Source: Eledone cirrhosa (taxonomy: Eukaryota). Taken from it: a stretch of 64,000 bases of DNA. This document shows positions 13,838-28,007 of this stretch, piece by piece. Position 1 is the stretch's first letter. Each line of letters begins with the position of its first letter. The notes under the pieces were generated by a model that searched no databases, was not told the origin of the DNA, and saw only the letters and a program-made list of their open reading frames with translations. The stretch is from NCBI GenBank assembly GCA_964016885.1, contig OZ024758.1:3224001-3288000 (forward strand), given 5' to 3'. The translations under genes were made by a program, and so were the position numbers.

Positions 13838-13870
13838 GTATTTGTTTTTGATATTTATTTCCAGGTAAGT
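13838..13870 (+). other. Juxtaposed 3' and 5' splice-site consensus (candidate recursive splice site or exon end)
   Basis: TTTGTTTTTGATATTTATTTCCAG|GTAAGT, junction 13864/13865. Confidence 0.4.
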
Positions 13871-14657
13871 TCAGACAAAACAGTTTGACAATTATAGGCG
13901 TTTTTGTATATATGCTGTGTATATATGTAACGAAACATTTCCGATATGATCGGCTTTCTTTGGAGAGAGCTTGTAGTAATAATTCTACTTTTGGATGAGA
14001 GATTTGGCTGTTCTTTCTAATCAAGAGATTTACCACAAATGCTTCCCTCGTCATTTCGATGTTTAAAAGCATATGTATCATAATATATGTACAGGTTTTT
14101 AACCGTTGGAGGCAATGATGTTAGACTACTTATTGGGATCAACTGCTTTCTGTATCTCTCATATAGAGAGCGGATATTGTTGATTCAGTGACAGAAAAGA
14201 ATCTTATATCTACAGAAGGACGTACATGTTATGTAATATTTCAACTGTTGTCGAGGCATCAGTAACTGTAGAGATACTTTAACACTATGCAGTCTTTAAA
14301 ACCAGACTTGAAGTAGAAAGTATATAATGTTTTTTGTATAAAACATGTATCTGGCCTTTCGATTAATCTACAGAACATTATGTGTTTTGTTATGTTACAT
14401 CAACTTTAAAGACTGCCATATTTCTCCGCGTGTGTCAGTCATATTTAGCTTAAATGTTGTGTTATGTACTATACATTTTCATGTGTGTAATCACTAAGAC
14501 AGTCTTGAGAGAGTGGAAGGAAAACGGAAAGAAATAGAGATTGAGTGGGGAATGTTGTGAACTGAGATACAAATAAAGAAATGAAAAAACAGAGCCAAGA
14601 GAGTAAACCTCTCACACGTATGCAGAGTTAAATTGAAAACATCATGTATGTTTAAAA

Positions 14658-14691
14658 TTTTTCTTTTTCTTGTCTCATATTCAATTGCAGG
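14658..14691 (+). other. Candidate splice acceptor
   Basis: TTTTTCTTTTTCTTGTCTCATATTCAATTGCAG|G; no recognisable coding exon follows. Confidence 0.3.
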
Positions 14692-14878
14692 ACAACCTCG
14701 TGTGTATGGTTTATATGCAGCAGGTCCCCTGTCAATGTGTGGCCATTATAGCTGTTATATGATAAGCGTAATGAATATCTTTTAAATTTTCCGGCTGTAA
14801 ATTATCACGAGAAATAGCGATGAAAAGAAGAATAACGAATATATATATATGTATATATACACACAAACAAATATATAT

Positions 14879-15268
14879 ATAGGCACAAGGCCAGCAATTA
14901 TTCCAGTGTATTACTGGTACTTTATTTTATTGACCCCGTAAGGATGAAAGGTAAAGTTAACCTCGGCGGTATTTGAACTCAGACCATAAAGAGCCGTAAC
15001 TCTTTGCTGCAAAGCATGGCGTCCGACCCTCTACTGATACTGCCAATTAATGATTTCTAGTATATGCACAAGGAGAGTAATTTGGAGGAGGGGAAAGTCG
15101 CTTAAATCGACCCCAGTTCGTTACTGGTGCTTTATTTTATTGACCCCGTAAGGATGAAAGGCAACGTTAACCTTGGTGGCATTTGAACTCAGACCGTAAA
15201 GGGCCGTAAGTCTATGCTACAAAGCATGGTGTCCGACTCTCTACCGATACTGCCAATCCACAACCCTA
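14879..15268 (-). mobile_element. Two tandem tRNA-derived SINE copies (SINE-1, Meta-domain-like core)
   Basis: A box TGGCAGTATCGG, B box GAGTTCAAAT, core CCTTTCATCCTTACGGGGTCAATAAAATAAAGTACCAG on the minus strand. Confidence 0.9.
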
Positions 15269-17044
15269 ATACTCCTACTACTACTTCTACTACTACTACT
15301 ACTAATAATAATAACAGTAATAATAAATTATTCGATTATTGAGTTCATATGCACGAGCAGATTGCTGTATTTTTCGCACAAAAGTATATTTCAAATTGTA
15401 AGATGAGAAACATCGATGTTTTAGGTCGTTGTCTGACGTTATATCGATAACATGATGAAAGGAAGTGTAGAAAACACTCAGAAATGTTAAAGTTAATGGA
15501 GATGTGTAACAAATTAATCAAGGGCTTTAAAAGCCCTTGTAAATATGTGGCTCAGCTATAAAACAAAGAAAATGAAACCTCAAAGAAAAGCAACGCAGCA
15601 ATAACACATAAATAATGATATGAAAATTAACGGAAGAGCGTTTCAGCAAATAGGTGAGAATTGTGCTAACCAAGTTAGATGAAAGCCAAAGGATGGAATC
15701 GCAATATAGCAAAGTAAGAAGAAAAAATAAAATAATACTTGAGAAGAGAGACATAAATGATATCACACACACAAAACAGAAAAACAACAAATTATTACAG
15801 CAATCAAACAAACAAATATAAACAATCGATTATTTGTTTCCAGCAAAAAGAAACCAGAATATACAAATAACTTCATTGCATTAAGATATTATTTCTGATA
15901 ATAGTGACATGTGTATCTGTAGAAATGAAAGAAACGACTATCACACAAATTCCTATATAAAGGTATACCAAAAAACACACAAAAAAAAAACAAGCAAGTA
16001 TCAGTGGCAACAACATCGAGATTGGTAGCAATAAATACAGTGGCAAAAACATTAACAAAGTGATAACCTATTGATATGTAGCTTGCAATAATAAAATAGA
16101 GACACTGCATTAATGGATAGAAAACACAATGACAATTGCAACAGTAGCTATAATACAAATATCATGATTCAGCAAAATAACTATATCAAGATAAATAGTA
16201 AATAAGATTTGAGGATAAAACAGGTACGATGAAGATCATTTCTGAGATAAAAGGAAAAATGGAAATGTTCATACCGCAGACATTATAAAGTAAAGGAATC
16301 TATGTATTTTGTGAAACGATCAAATATATGTGAGAGATCTCTCAATTGGGGTCACATGTCTATAATTTTAGGATATTGAGCAAACTGCTAAGAAAGATTT
16401 AGAAGTAGTGTCTCACTTAAGCTGAACAACAAGATACTGTTGTGAACATATTAACAGAAACAGTCTTAACCACAGTTATTAAGGATTATATAATCCAATG
16501 GTTTTTTAAAGATTGTCTTAGATAAGGGGGTTTGAGGTATTAATGTTTTGTTGTATAAAGGAATTACTTTAACTGATGTTTCGTTCCTTTTTTAAAATTG
16601 TAAGGGGTAACTTGGAGGTGGGTTAGGATACTATTTTAACTAGCATTTCCTTTCTTTTTTTAAAAACAGTAAGGGATAACTTGATGGATTTAGTATAACC
16701 TAAACATAACCTGTATTTAATCTCAGGCACTTTAGGGATGTGAGAAATGATAAAATGAAATGAAAACTAGAACCAATATTCAGATTTCTATGAGTTTGTT
16801 GGGCTATATTTTCGAGCCAAATATTTCCAAACACAAAAGAAAAGAATGAAAGAACTTAAAGTATCAGAACAAACAGTGAAATAGAAATATAATCATTTTA
16901 GAGACTACAACACGAATCAAAAGAATACAGATAGCAGTAAACAATAACATAATACTAATACACAGCAACACTGAATATAAACACAATAACAATAGAATAC
17001 TAAAACACCTCGGCAAATAAAACCATTACTAATACTGATGCTTC

Positions 17045-17565
17045 GTTTGTTACTACTACTACTACAACTACTACTGTTGTGTTACTAATACTACTACCAC
17101 CACTTCCATTTCTAATACTTTGTTTGTTACAACTACTGTTGGTACTACTACTACTACTACTACGACTTGTGTTACTACTACCACCACTTCCATTTCTACT
17201 ACTTCGTTTGATACAACTACTGTTGGTACTACTACTACTACTACTACTACTACGACTGTTGTGTTACTACTACCACCACTTCCATTTCTACTACTTCGTT
17301 TGATACAACTACTGTTACTACTACTACTACTACTACTACTGTTCTGTTACTACAACCACCACTTCCATTTTTACTACTTTGTTTGTTACAACTACTGTTG
17401 TTACCACTATTACTACTACTATTGCCACTACCACTTCCATTGCTACTACCACCACTACTACTGATCATACGACTACCACCGTTACTACTACTGCTGCTAC
17501 AGATACTACTACCACTACTACTACTGCTACGACCGCTACCACCACTGTTGTTGCTACTACTAGTA
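17045..17565. repeat. (ACT)n-derived higher-order minisatellite
   Basis: Repeated CTACCACCACTTCCATTTCTACTACTTCGTTTGATACAACTACTG units separated by (ACT)n. Confidence 0.9.
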
Positions 17566-17821
17566 ATGCAGAATTTTAAGACATCAACAATGCCATCGAA
17601 AACTGACTTATTTAGAACAAAGTGTCACATTACTTTGTTATTATTACCGTGTTGCTTCTGTCAACTGTGGTAGAGCATAGGTTTCTAGCAAGTCGAGTCT
17701 TGAATAACCGCTCAACCACTCTTATTAAATATTGTCAATCTATCTCTGGCGAAATGCTATTTCAACTGGTAGTATTCCTGCGACGATTCATTTTTTCATA
17801 CCTTAAAAAGACATTATACAT

Positions 17822-18003
17822 GCGGTGAATTTGCAGTCTTGGTAGAGGGTCAGACATGCTTTCCAGTGTAGTTACGTCCCTTTACGATCTCAGTTCAAAT
17901 CCCGCCGAGGTTAACTTTGCCTTTCATCCTTACGGGGTCGATAAAATAAAGTACCAGTAATACAGTGGGTAATTGCTGGACTTGTGCCAAAAGTAGAAAA
18001 TTA
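17822..18003 (+). mobile_element. SINE-1 copy
   Basis: Matches 62459-62646. Confidence 0.9.
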
Positions 18004-18574
18004 TACATGATAAACAAATAAAAATTACATTACTAGAAATCCCATATGTTATAAAATAAATAGGATGGGTTGCGGTCTCAATGTGCAAACAGAATGACTA
18101 AGTCTGGTTTTTAAAAAAAAATCAATGGAGACAATCTAGTAAATATACCGATATTCCACCCACCCCGCTTATTACAACGCCTGTTTATTCCAACCCCACT
18201 AATTCGGGATCCGAGTGTACGAACAATTTGTTTCATCCGCTAAATAAGGAACTTCAATAAAAATTTAAAACAAGTTAGAGCAATTAGAGTAGTAATAATA
18301 CAACAGTTATAAGTAGCATTCCTCTCTGCAAAATACTCGTTTTCTCTAACAACTAATGCGTTAACCATCCCTGTTTGAAGAAAAATATATCAATGTAGGG
18401 AACGTGTATCTTAAACATCGTGAGAAGGAAAAAAACAAATGAAGATAACAGTATATGAGATCACTGAAATAGATAGTGTAGCAGAGATGTTGATGTTTGC
18501 GTGAAATAGCAATGGTGGCGGTGAACTAGGTACTGACTGCAAACAGAGAAGAGGAAAGAAGTGAAGCCTCTATC

Positions 18575-19124
18575 TGTATATATATATATATAATATCTAT
18601 ATATAATATATATATATCTATATAGATATAATATCTATGTATATATCTATATACATATTTATTATATATATCTATATTTCTAATATATATATATATACAT
18701 ATTTATTATATATATCTATATTTCTAATATATATATATATATACATATTTATTATATATATCTATATTTATAATATATATATATACATATTTATTATATA
18801 TATCTATATTTATAATATATATATATACATATTTATTATATATATCTATATTTCTAATATATATATATATACATATTTATTATATATATCTATATTTCTA
18901 ATATATATATATATACATATTTATTATATATATCTATATTTATAATATATATATATACATATTTATTATATATATCTATATTTATAATATATATATATAC
19001 ATATTTATTATATATATCTATATTTATAATATATATATATACATATTTATTATATATATCTATATTTATAATATATATATATATATTTATAATATATATA
19101 TAATATATATATATATATATTTAT

Positions 19125-19158
<34 letters not shown>

Positions 19159-19162
19159 TTAT

Positions 19163-19196
<34 letters not shown>

Positions 19197-19200
19197 TTAT

Positions 19201-19234
<34 letters not shown>

Positions 19235-20189
19235 TTATAATATGTATATAATATATATATATCTATATAATATATATCTATATTTACAATATCTATATAA
19301 TATATATATCTATATTTATAATGTGTATATCTATATTTATAATATCTATATATCTATATTTATAATATCTATATATCTATATATCTATATTTATAATATC
19401 TATAATATCTATATATATAATATCTATAATATCTATATATATATAATATCTATAATATCTATATATATATAATATCTATAATATCTATATATATATAATA
19501 TCTATAATATCTATATATATATAATATCTATAATATCTATATATATATAATATCTATAATATCTATATTTATAATATCTATATATCTATATTTATAATAT
19601 GTATATATCTATATTTATAATATGTATATATATAATATATATATCTACATATATATATATGTAATATATATATATATATAATATATCTGTCTATAATATA
19701 TAATATATATACATATATATTTATTATATATATAGATATATATATTATATATATAGATATATATATTATATATATATTTATATATCTATATTTATATATC
19801 TATAAATATATTTACATATCTATAAATATATTTATATATCTATAAATATCTATAATAAATATATATCTATATATATAATAAATATATATCTATATATATA
19901 ATAAATATATATCTATATATATAATAAATATATATCTATATATATAATAAATATATATCTATATATATAATAAATATATATCTATATATATAATACATAT
20001 ATATCTATATATATAATACATATATATCTATATATATAATACATATATATCTATATATATAATACATATATATCTATATATATAATACATATATATCTAT
20101 ATATATAATACATATATATCTATATATATAATACATATATATCTATATATATAATAAATATATATCTATATATATAATAAATATATATC
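18575..20189. repeat. ~1.6-kb TA-derived satellite with several higher-order units
   Basis: Directly visible. Confidence 0.95.
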
Positions 20190-20513
20190 AGATATTCAAA
20201 ACAACAAACAGCCAAGGACGCGTTCCGGACTTTTCCCCCACCCCAGAAAAAGAACCCAGTTGATGGATGTGAATTCTGTTCCTCCAACCTCAGCCGGTCG
20301 CCCAGGGCGACCCTCTGAGGTTGAAGGTACAGAATAGCGGTCGCCCTCGGTTCCTCGATTTTCAGCCCCATGGATTTTATCTATTACATTCACGTATTAT
20401 ATTTCGAATACCTGATGATATCACCGGATTCATACGGAACCCGGTCATTGAAATGATCATAGTATAATAAACCTTTCAAGGATTTACTCAAATCCAGCCT
20501 TCTGTCATTTCAT
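20190..20513 (+). mobile_element. HHR-bearing non-coding element inserted in TA satellite (probable PLE pLTR / retrozyme-like)
   Basis: GC-rich island between TA arrays; 63-nt hairpin 20273-20335, HHR 20408-20465, AATAAA 20466-20471. Confidence 0.7.
20408..20465 (+). ncRNA. Type I hammerhead ribozyme with palindromic stem III
   Basis: ATAC-CTGATGA-TATC-ACCGG...CCGGT-CATT-GAA-ATGATCAT-A-GTAT; stem I ATAC/GTAT; predicted cleavage after 20461. Confidence 0.8.
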
Positions 20514-20652
20514 TATATATAATATATATATATCTATAATATATATAATATGTATATTTTATTATAGATATGTATATTATTGATATGTATATCTATAATA
20601 TAATATACATATCTATATATATATATACATATCTATATTTCCCTCTCTCTCC

Positions 20653-20713
<61 letters not shown>

Positions 20714-20763
20714 ACAGGCAAAACCCCAGAGTAACAAGGCTCACTATTAATCGTTAAAAAATG

Positions 20764-20810
<47 letters not shown>

Positions 20811-21513
20811 GAGATAGAGTGAAGCAGAGCAGTGAATTGCTTTGCCGCTTCCATTTTCAACCTGCTTCATTTTCTCATCATTTCTAGTGCCGCGAAATTT
20901 TCGTTTCTTTTGGGTATAATCTTATTTTATTTATTTTTTTTAATTTACGTATTCATACTGGGGGATCTCAGATATATTCTGTTGAAAAGAAGGAGAAGAA
21001 GCAAACAAGTATGACTCTTTTATTGTTCGTGTTTTTACACATGTCAGATTCCTTAATTGTCTGGCAGCCTCTCTTTACAGATGTTATTCTCAATAACACG
21101 CCTCCCGAAACTATTTTGTTTTTATGTATGGTTGCGTGTGTATTTATATATTTATGCATGTATGTATATGTGTATATGTCTGTGTATGTATGTATTATAT
21201 ATATTATATATATATATGCAATATATAAACGCAGATAATCCATAACTGAGTTTGTACCGTTCATAAACAATTAATGGAGCTGGAAAATAAATACTAAAAA
21301 AGTATAAGGAATGGATACGATCTCACACAGGGAAAGATATATCTAAATATAATACCTTTACTATACATACATACATACATACATATATACGGTCACACAT
21401 ACACAATGACGCAAGTAGCTTACACAGAAATGTAGTCAGATACATAAAGTCCTAGTCTCTTGAACACACAAACAGAAAAAAGATCACGCACACCTACACA
21501 TGAAAAAACACAT

Positions 21514-21577
<64 letters not shown>

Positions 21578-22519
21578 ATTGAGACACAGATATATATATA
21601 CATAGATATAGGCACGTGTATATAAAAAAAGAATAAAAGATAACGTGTTTCTTTTGTCTAAAACTCGAGCGTATTTCCGAGTTTCTGATTATAGATGATA
21701 CACGAAGTAGAGTAACACAGTGTGTGTATATATATATGTGTGTGTGTGTGCATGTGTGTGTGTATGTGCGTATGTGCGTATGTGCGTGTGCGTGTGCGTA
21801 TGTGTGTGTGCGTGTGTGTGCGTGTGCGTGTAAAGACAAACAAACATACGTCTTAAACAAAACTAATAAAACAAATAGAAAAACTATATAAGTAATCTGA
21901 AATAGAAGAAAGGGATGGAGTATAAACTGTTGCTTGTAATCACATTATCACACGAAAAAGGAAGTTAAAACAAATGCCTGCTATATACAACCAATGAATT
22001 CACTAGCCGGAACGAAGCGAAACTAATTGTTTCTTGTCATTTTCTTTGAATCTATCGCTATTTGAATAAAGTTATTCGCAATTTAACTTAAGGATTATAT
22101 GTTTTACATGATATTCTAAATATGTGTGTAACAAAACAATTGATTTACCACATATAATTATAGCAAAGTTTTCTTTTTATTGAGAGACCAGTATTTTGAA
22201 TTATTTTGGGTCGCGTTTACTTTTTCTTCGTTCTTTGTTTTATATATTTTTCTCTCGCTTCTTCGCTTATTTCTTACAATGATGTTCTCAAAATATATTT
22301 TCTTTCATTCTCTTCTGTTCACTGTGTTCTCGAAGAAGTATTTCTAATTGTAATCTACTTTCTAAACGTGTAATGTACAATGATACAGTCTCAAGATATT
22401 ATATTTATTAAAATATTTTCAGAATATAAGCTAGCTTCCATTCAGGTAAACATTTTTCTACATTGCATCACATTCTTTAATTTCAGAATAGTATAGCATT
22501 ATTTTTTTTTTTTTATCTC

Positions 22520-23057
22520 GATGGAATGGTAGTATCGGTAGAAGGTCGCGCGCCAAGCTTTTGCAGCATAGAGATACGTTGAAATAATTATTAAATACTG
22601 ATTTCTACGACAGGTACAAGGCCAACAATTTTTGGGGAGGGAACAGTCAGTTAAATCGACCCCAGTGCGTGACTGGTATTTTATTTTATCGACCCCGTAA
22701 GATCGAAGGGAAAGTTAACCTCGGTGGGATTTGAACTCAGATCATAAAGGCCCGTAACTCTCTGCTGTAAACATGTCCGACGCCCTATCGATATTGCCAA
22801 TCTGCTGCCCTGTAATGATTAAATAATGGTTTCTACGACAGGCACAAGGTCAGGAAATTTGGAAGAGGGGAAAGTCGATTAAATCGAACACAATTCATGA
22901 TTGGTGCTTTATTTATCGACCCCGTAACCATGAAAATATTAAATAATGGTTTCTTATATAGGCACAAGGCCATAACTTTTTGAGGAGGGGAATGTTGATT
23001 AAACCGACCCCATTGCATGACTGGTACTTTATTTTATCTACCCCGTAAGGATGAAAA
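22520..23057. mobile_element. SINE-1 cluster: plus-strand head, one full minus copy and two truncated minus copies
   Basis: Repeated GGCACAAGG...ACCCCGTAA segments; full copy about 22600-22812. Confidence 0.9.
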
Positions 23058-24207
23058 GATTAAATAATGTTATTAAAGAACAAAGAACAAAAAAAGACGA
23101 AGGGTGTTTCCCATGGAACCAGATGGAACATCGTGATTGGAAAGTCTTATATCATGTGTTTGATACTACAGTGTTGGTTTGTATATAAAGGATAACACCT
23201 GCAACAGTATTAAACATGTATAATAAATAAACTCAGCTATACATATGTTCATTCCTAATAAAGTAATTCACATTATATATTTTAGATTTGTGTCAAGACA
23301 TTTCTACGTTAAGTAGACAGTTATCGTTTTTTTTCTTTGTTTTGAAGATGCAATATATACTTGGTCACAATTAGTTTCATTTCTGTTAAAACAATTACAT
23401 CCCCAGCAAGTCATACCGTCTGCCATTTATTGAAGTTTGTTCTGCTTTTCTTTATTTGTTGAAGACTGGAGATTCTACTGTCGCTCTTCTCTTTTATCGT
23501 TTATTTATCGTCTGTGTTTCATTTTTGCTTACTTTCCTACTGAATCTCATGCTGGGCTGGTGAACCGAACTCCAGTATAATAACCGCCATTTTTCCTGTT
23601 CCTCTGCATTCCCATCTGGATTTGACTGACATATATTGCTTTGACAATCACTATGCCTTACTGAGAAATTTTAAGAATGATACATGGTGCTGGTATACAT
23701 ATTATTTTCAGTTAAATGATTGAACTAAAAACAATCAAATTTTAAATATAAGAACAATGACCACATTTTATTTCTGTATATTTATATATAATATGGATAC
23801 GTATTTTCGCATGAAGCTTTATCAACAATTTAAATTCATGGGATATCTACAGCAGGGATAGTTGTATAATTCAAAGTTGTATGACGCCGTAGCTCATGTA
23901 CACGCAGGACGATTTATGTTGTAATTATGTGTTATGATTTCATGTTAATCCTTCATATATAGCCAGTTAAATATAATTTAATAACTATCTATTACACATC
24001 ATCTCTTGCTGTTATCTTCAACAGTCACGCAGCAGTATGTAAATACACGCGAAATTAGTGTTATTATAAGGCTAAATACAGCCGTGAAATAAACAACATA
24101 AATGAGACTGTGCTAAACCTAATTATATAAAAATTCTAAATACCTATATTATTCTAATTAATAACCTATATACTAATATAGGTTAACAATGCATTTTATT
24201 CTGACAG

Positions 24208-24452
24208 GGAGGATGAAATAAAGTACCAGTTATGCACCGGGTTAATTGCTGGTTAAAAATAGAAACAATTATTTTATAAACTATAAGGCCAGAAATTAAC
24301 CAGTGCATTACTGGTACTTTTTTTTACCGACCCCGTTAGGATGAAAGGCAAAGTTAACTTCGGCGGGATTTGAACTCAGAATGGCAAGGGCCGTAACTAT
24401 ACGTCAAAGCATGGCGTCCGACCCTTAACCGATACTGCCAATCCACCGCCCT
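24208..24452. mobile_element. SINE-1 tail (plus) and near-full copy (minus)
   Basis: Matches the SINE-1 consensus. Confidence 0.85.
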
Positions 24453-25061
24453 AGTTATTCCAATAATATCTCCTGGATGTTGTCGAACACACGGTTATGT
24501 ATACACACCTTAACACATCTCTCACATATATTGATTTTTACACTTTTCGCTATGATGCGTTGTTTCGTGTCTCTATTACATTTAATCCTTATTATCATTA
24601 CTTAAACATTGTTAAAATTTGTTTACACTGAAAACCTACACGCGAACACACCACACATACACACATTCTATGTGTTCGTCCTGTACTGTCATAATGTTTT
24701 TCTTCATGTAAATCTTTTGTGGTTAATAAATAAATCATTATTAATACATACATATATATATATATACATACATACATACAGAGAGAGAAAAGGTGAAGTT
24801 GGCATGGAAAATATATTTTAGCGTCTGTTTTAATTTTTTTTCCTTTCTTTGATTCGTCAAAATGATATTTTTTTAAAAAGAATTGTCCCTCTAAATATAT
24901 TATAAAACTCTATTGAAAAAATTAAAGTATATAACATATTACCGGTTTCCATGTATTAGTGATATTCATCTTATCAAATGTTAAGTATTATAATTAATAA
25001 GATTTAAAAATTAAAGATTTAAAATGAAGTGCTAAGTTTTTTTCACCTTCCTTAAGAAGTA

Positions 25062-26585
25062 TAAATATATATATAAATATATATAGATATAGATATATAT
25101 AAATATATATAGATATATATAAATATATATAGATATAGTTATATTTGGGGAGGGTCATATTTGCGTAATATTGCCAGAATTAATAACTCGCAAAACTAAA
25201 TAATATATAGATATATATAAATATATATAGATATATATAAATATATATAGATATATATAAATATATATAGATATATATAAATATATATAGATATATATAA
25301 ATATATATAGATATATATAAATATATATAGATATATATAAATATATATAGATATATATAAATATATATAGATATATATAAATATATATAGATATATATAA
25401 ATATATATAGATATATATAAATATATATAGATATATATAAATATATATAGATATATATAAATATATATAGATATATATAAATATATATAGATATATATAA
25501 ATATATATAGATATATATAAATATATATAGATATATATAAATATATATAGATATATATAAATATATATAGATATATATAAATATATATAGATATATAGGA
25601 ACCAGTAAGACCCCGACAGCTGAGCTCAAGCCGTTTCGACGGCTAATTCTGGACTCTAATTCCAGAATTAGCCGTCGAAACGGCTTGAGCTCAGCTGTCG
25701 GGGTCTTACTGGTTCCTATTACCCACTCTACTACCTCAAGTATTGAGTACTTTGGTGCGTTATGGTCCACCTGGTTCCTTACCCCATTTCCTTCGTTATA
25801 TAGATATATATAAATATATATAAATATATATAAATATATATAGATATATATAAATATATATAAATATATATAGATATATATAAATATATATAGATATAAA
25901 TAAATATATATAAATAAATATATATAAATAAATATAAATATATATAAATATAAATATATATAAATATAAATATATATATAAATATAAATATATATATAAA
26001 TATAAATATATATATAAATATAAATATATATATAAATATAAATATATATATAAATATATATATAAATATATATATAAATATATATATAAATATATATATA
26101 AATATATATATAAATATATATATAAATATATATATAAATATATATATAAATATATATATAAATATATATATAAATATATATATAAATATATATATAAATA
26201 TATATATAAATATATATATATATAAATATATATATATATACATATATATATATACATATATATACATATAAATATATATATAGATAAATATATATATATA
26301 TACATATAAATATATATATATATACATATAAATATATATATATATACATATAAATATATATATATATACATATAAATATATATATATATACATATATATA
26401 CATATATATACATATAAATATAAATATATATATATATACATATATATACATATATATACATATAAATATAAATATATATATATATACATATAAATATATA
26501 TATATATACATATATATACATATATATAAATATATATATAAATATATATATATATATAGATATAAATATATATATATATATATAT
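25062..26585. repeat. TA-derived satellite (ATATATATAG/ATATATATAA units) hosting inserted elements
   Basis: Directly visible; includes a family A terminus at about 25135-25200. Confidence 0.95.
25595..25800 (+). mobile_element. Fold-back family H copy with perfect 59-bp inverted repeat
   Basis: Arms 25595-25653 and 25661-25719, loop CTCTAAT; right arm contains GAAAC-GGCTTGAGCTCAGCT-GTC (HHR stem III-like). Confidence 0.8.
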
Positions 26586-27265
26586 TTGAAGTTGAAAAAC
26601 TATTGATGATGTCATATTAAGTACTTTAACAATTACGACATTCGAACATTTAAAAATATATACCGCATTAATTTATATTTACAAAAACAGGAATACGAAA
26701 ATACGAAACTTCTATTATTGCTTTGAGCAAAATTATGAAGCATAATATCAAGAAGTTGAGAGATAATTGAAATGTTGAGAGGATTTAATCCTTAGGTCAA
26801 CAAAGACAAATGAAAGATGATCAGAAATATTGTAATGAAAAAATGGTAAGATCTTTTGAGTTAAAAAATGTCATGCAAATGTCATTGTATGTAATCATGA
26901 ATGGCATTTCATCTGACGTAAACATGTTCTCCTGAAATGTAAGACAAGGAGATTAATTAATCTAAAGATCAAATATGCCCTGTACGTAAGATTATATATA
27001 TATATATACTATATGATTCTACATTTGTTCATAGTCTTATATTTATATATATATATATATATATGATTCTACATTTGTTCATATTCCTATATATATATAT
27101 ATAAATATATATATAAACATGTATGTGTGTGGGAGTGTATGCTTGTATTTATATAGATGAATAAATATATATTATTTAATTGTATATGTCTCTCATATAT
27201 AATATATATATATATATATGTCTATGTCTATCTTATATACACATATATAGACACACATACATACA

Positions 27266-27305
<40 letters not shown>

Positions 27306-27691
27306 ATATTTACGTACATATATATACATGTATATTGATTTAGTAAAAAGATAGTTATTTAAAACTTAAACTGACATAGATGGTATGGAATTTAATCAAA
27401 TAATCAAATAAAATATATATCTCCTGGACGTATTGGCATTTATAATTGATCTGATAATGAGAATTGATGGCTTTGTTTTTTGAATGAAGATATTCTGACA
27501 TTCTGACTATATATTTAGGAAAATAAATCATAATCGTTTTCTGTAGCAATCGATAGTAAAATGAAACAACATATAGTCACACAGCAATTCACACACACAT
27601 GCAGACACATACCAACACACACCAACACACACCCACATATATATAGACACTCACAGACAGACATTATATATATATATATATATTTTTTTTT

Positions 27692-27754
27692 TAGTTTCAG
27701 AAGATCCCGTTAAGGGTGAAAGCAGCGACTCTTTGCTTAAACTTTAATCTGTTA

Positions 27755-27760
<6 letters not shown>
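27692..27760 (+). mobile_element. Family D HHR-like short element
   Basis: CAGAAGA-T-CCC-GTTAA-GGG-T-GAAA; flanked by (TA)n. Confidence 0.6.
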
Positions 27761-27794
<34 letters not shown>

Positions 27795-27796
<2 letters not shown>

Positions 27797-28003
27797 GAAC
27801 GATCGACTTTCGTCAAATCGGACCGAGGGAACAATGGTTCCGTTGGTCTTTCCAATTGCTAATACTATCTATCGGTCGCAACTCCAGGTAGAAGGAGCAA
27901 CGTGAAATAAAGTGTCTTGCTCAAGGACATAACGCATCGCCTGGTCCAGGAATCGAACTCACAACCTTACGATTCTAATTCTCTAACCACTCAGCCACAC
28001 GCC
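27795..28003 (-). mobile_element. tRNA-derived SINE-2 (CORE-like central domain)
   Basis: Minus strand GGCGTGTGGCTGAGTGGTTAG...GAGTTCGATTCC...TGTCCTTGAGCAAGACACTTTATTTCACGTTGCTCC; paralogs at 31648 and 58279. Confidence 0.85.
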
Positions 28004-28007
28004 TTCA

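Noticed and set aside
14691-14785. Possible coding exon after a strong acceptor
   Set aside because: The reading frames examined are short, with no recognisable protein and no strong donor; kept only as a candidate acceptor.
17120-17579. Thr-rich mucin-like ORFs
   Set aside because: They derive from (ACT)n repeats, are open in several frames, and lack splice or signal context.
26597-26650. TTGATGA-TGTC...GACA-TTCGAAC possible HHR next to a TA tract
   Set aside because: Several core mismatches and no stem I or III.
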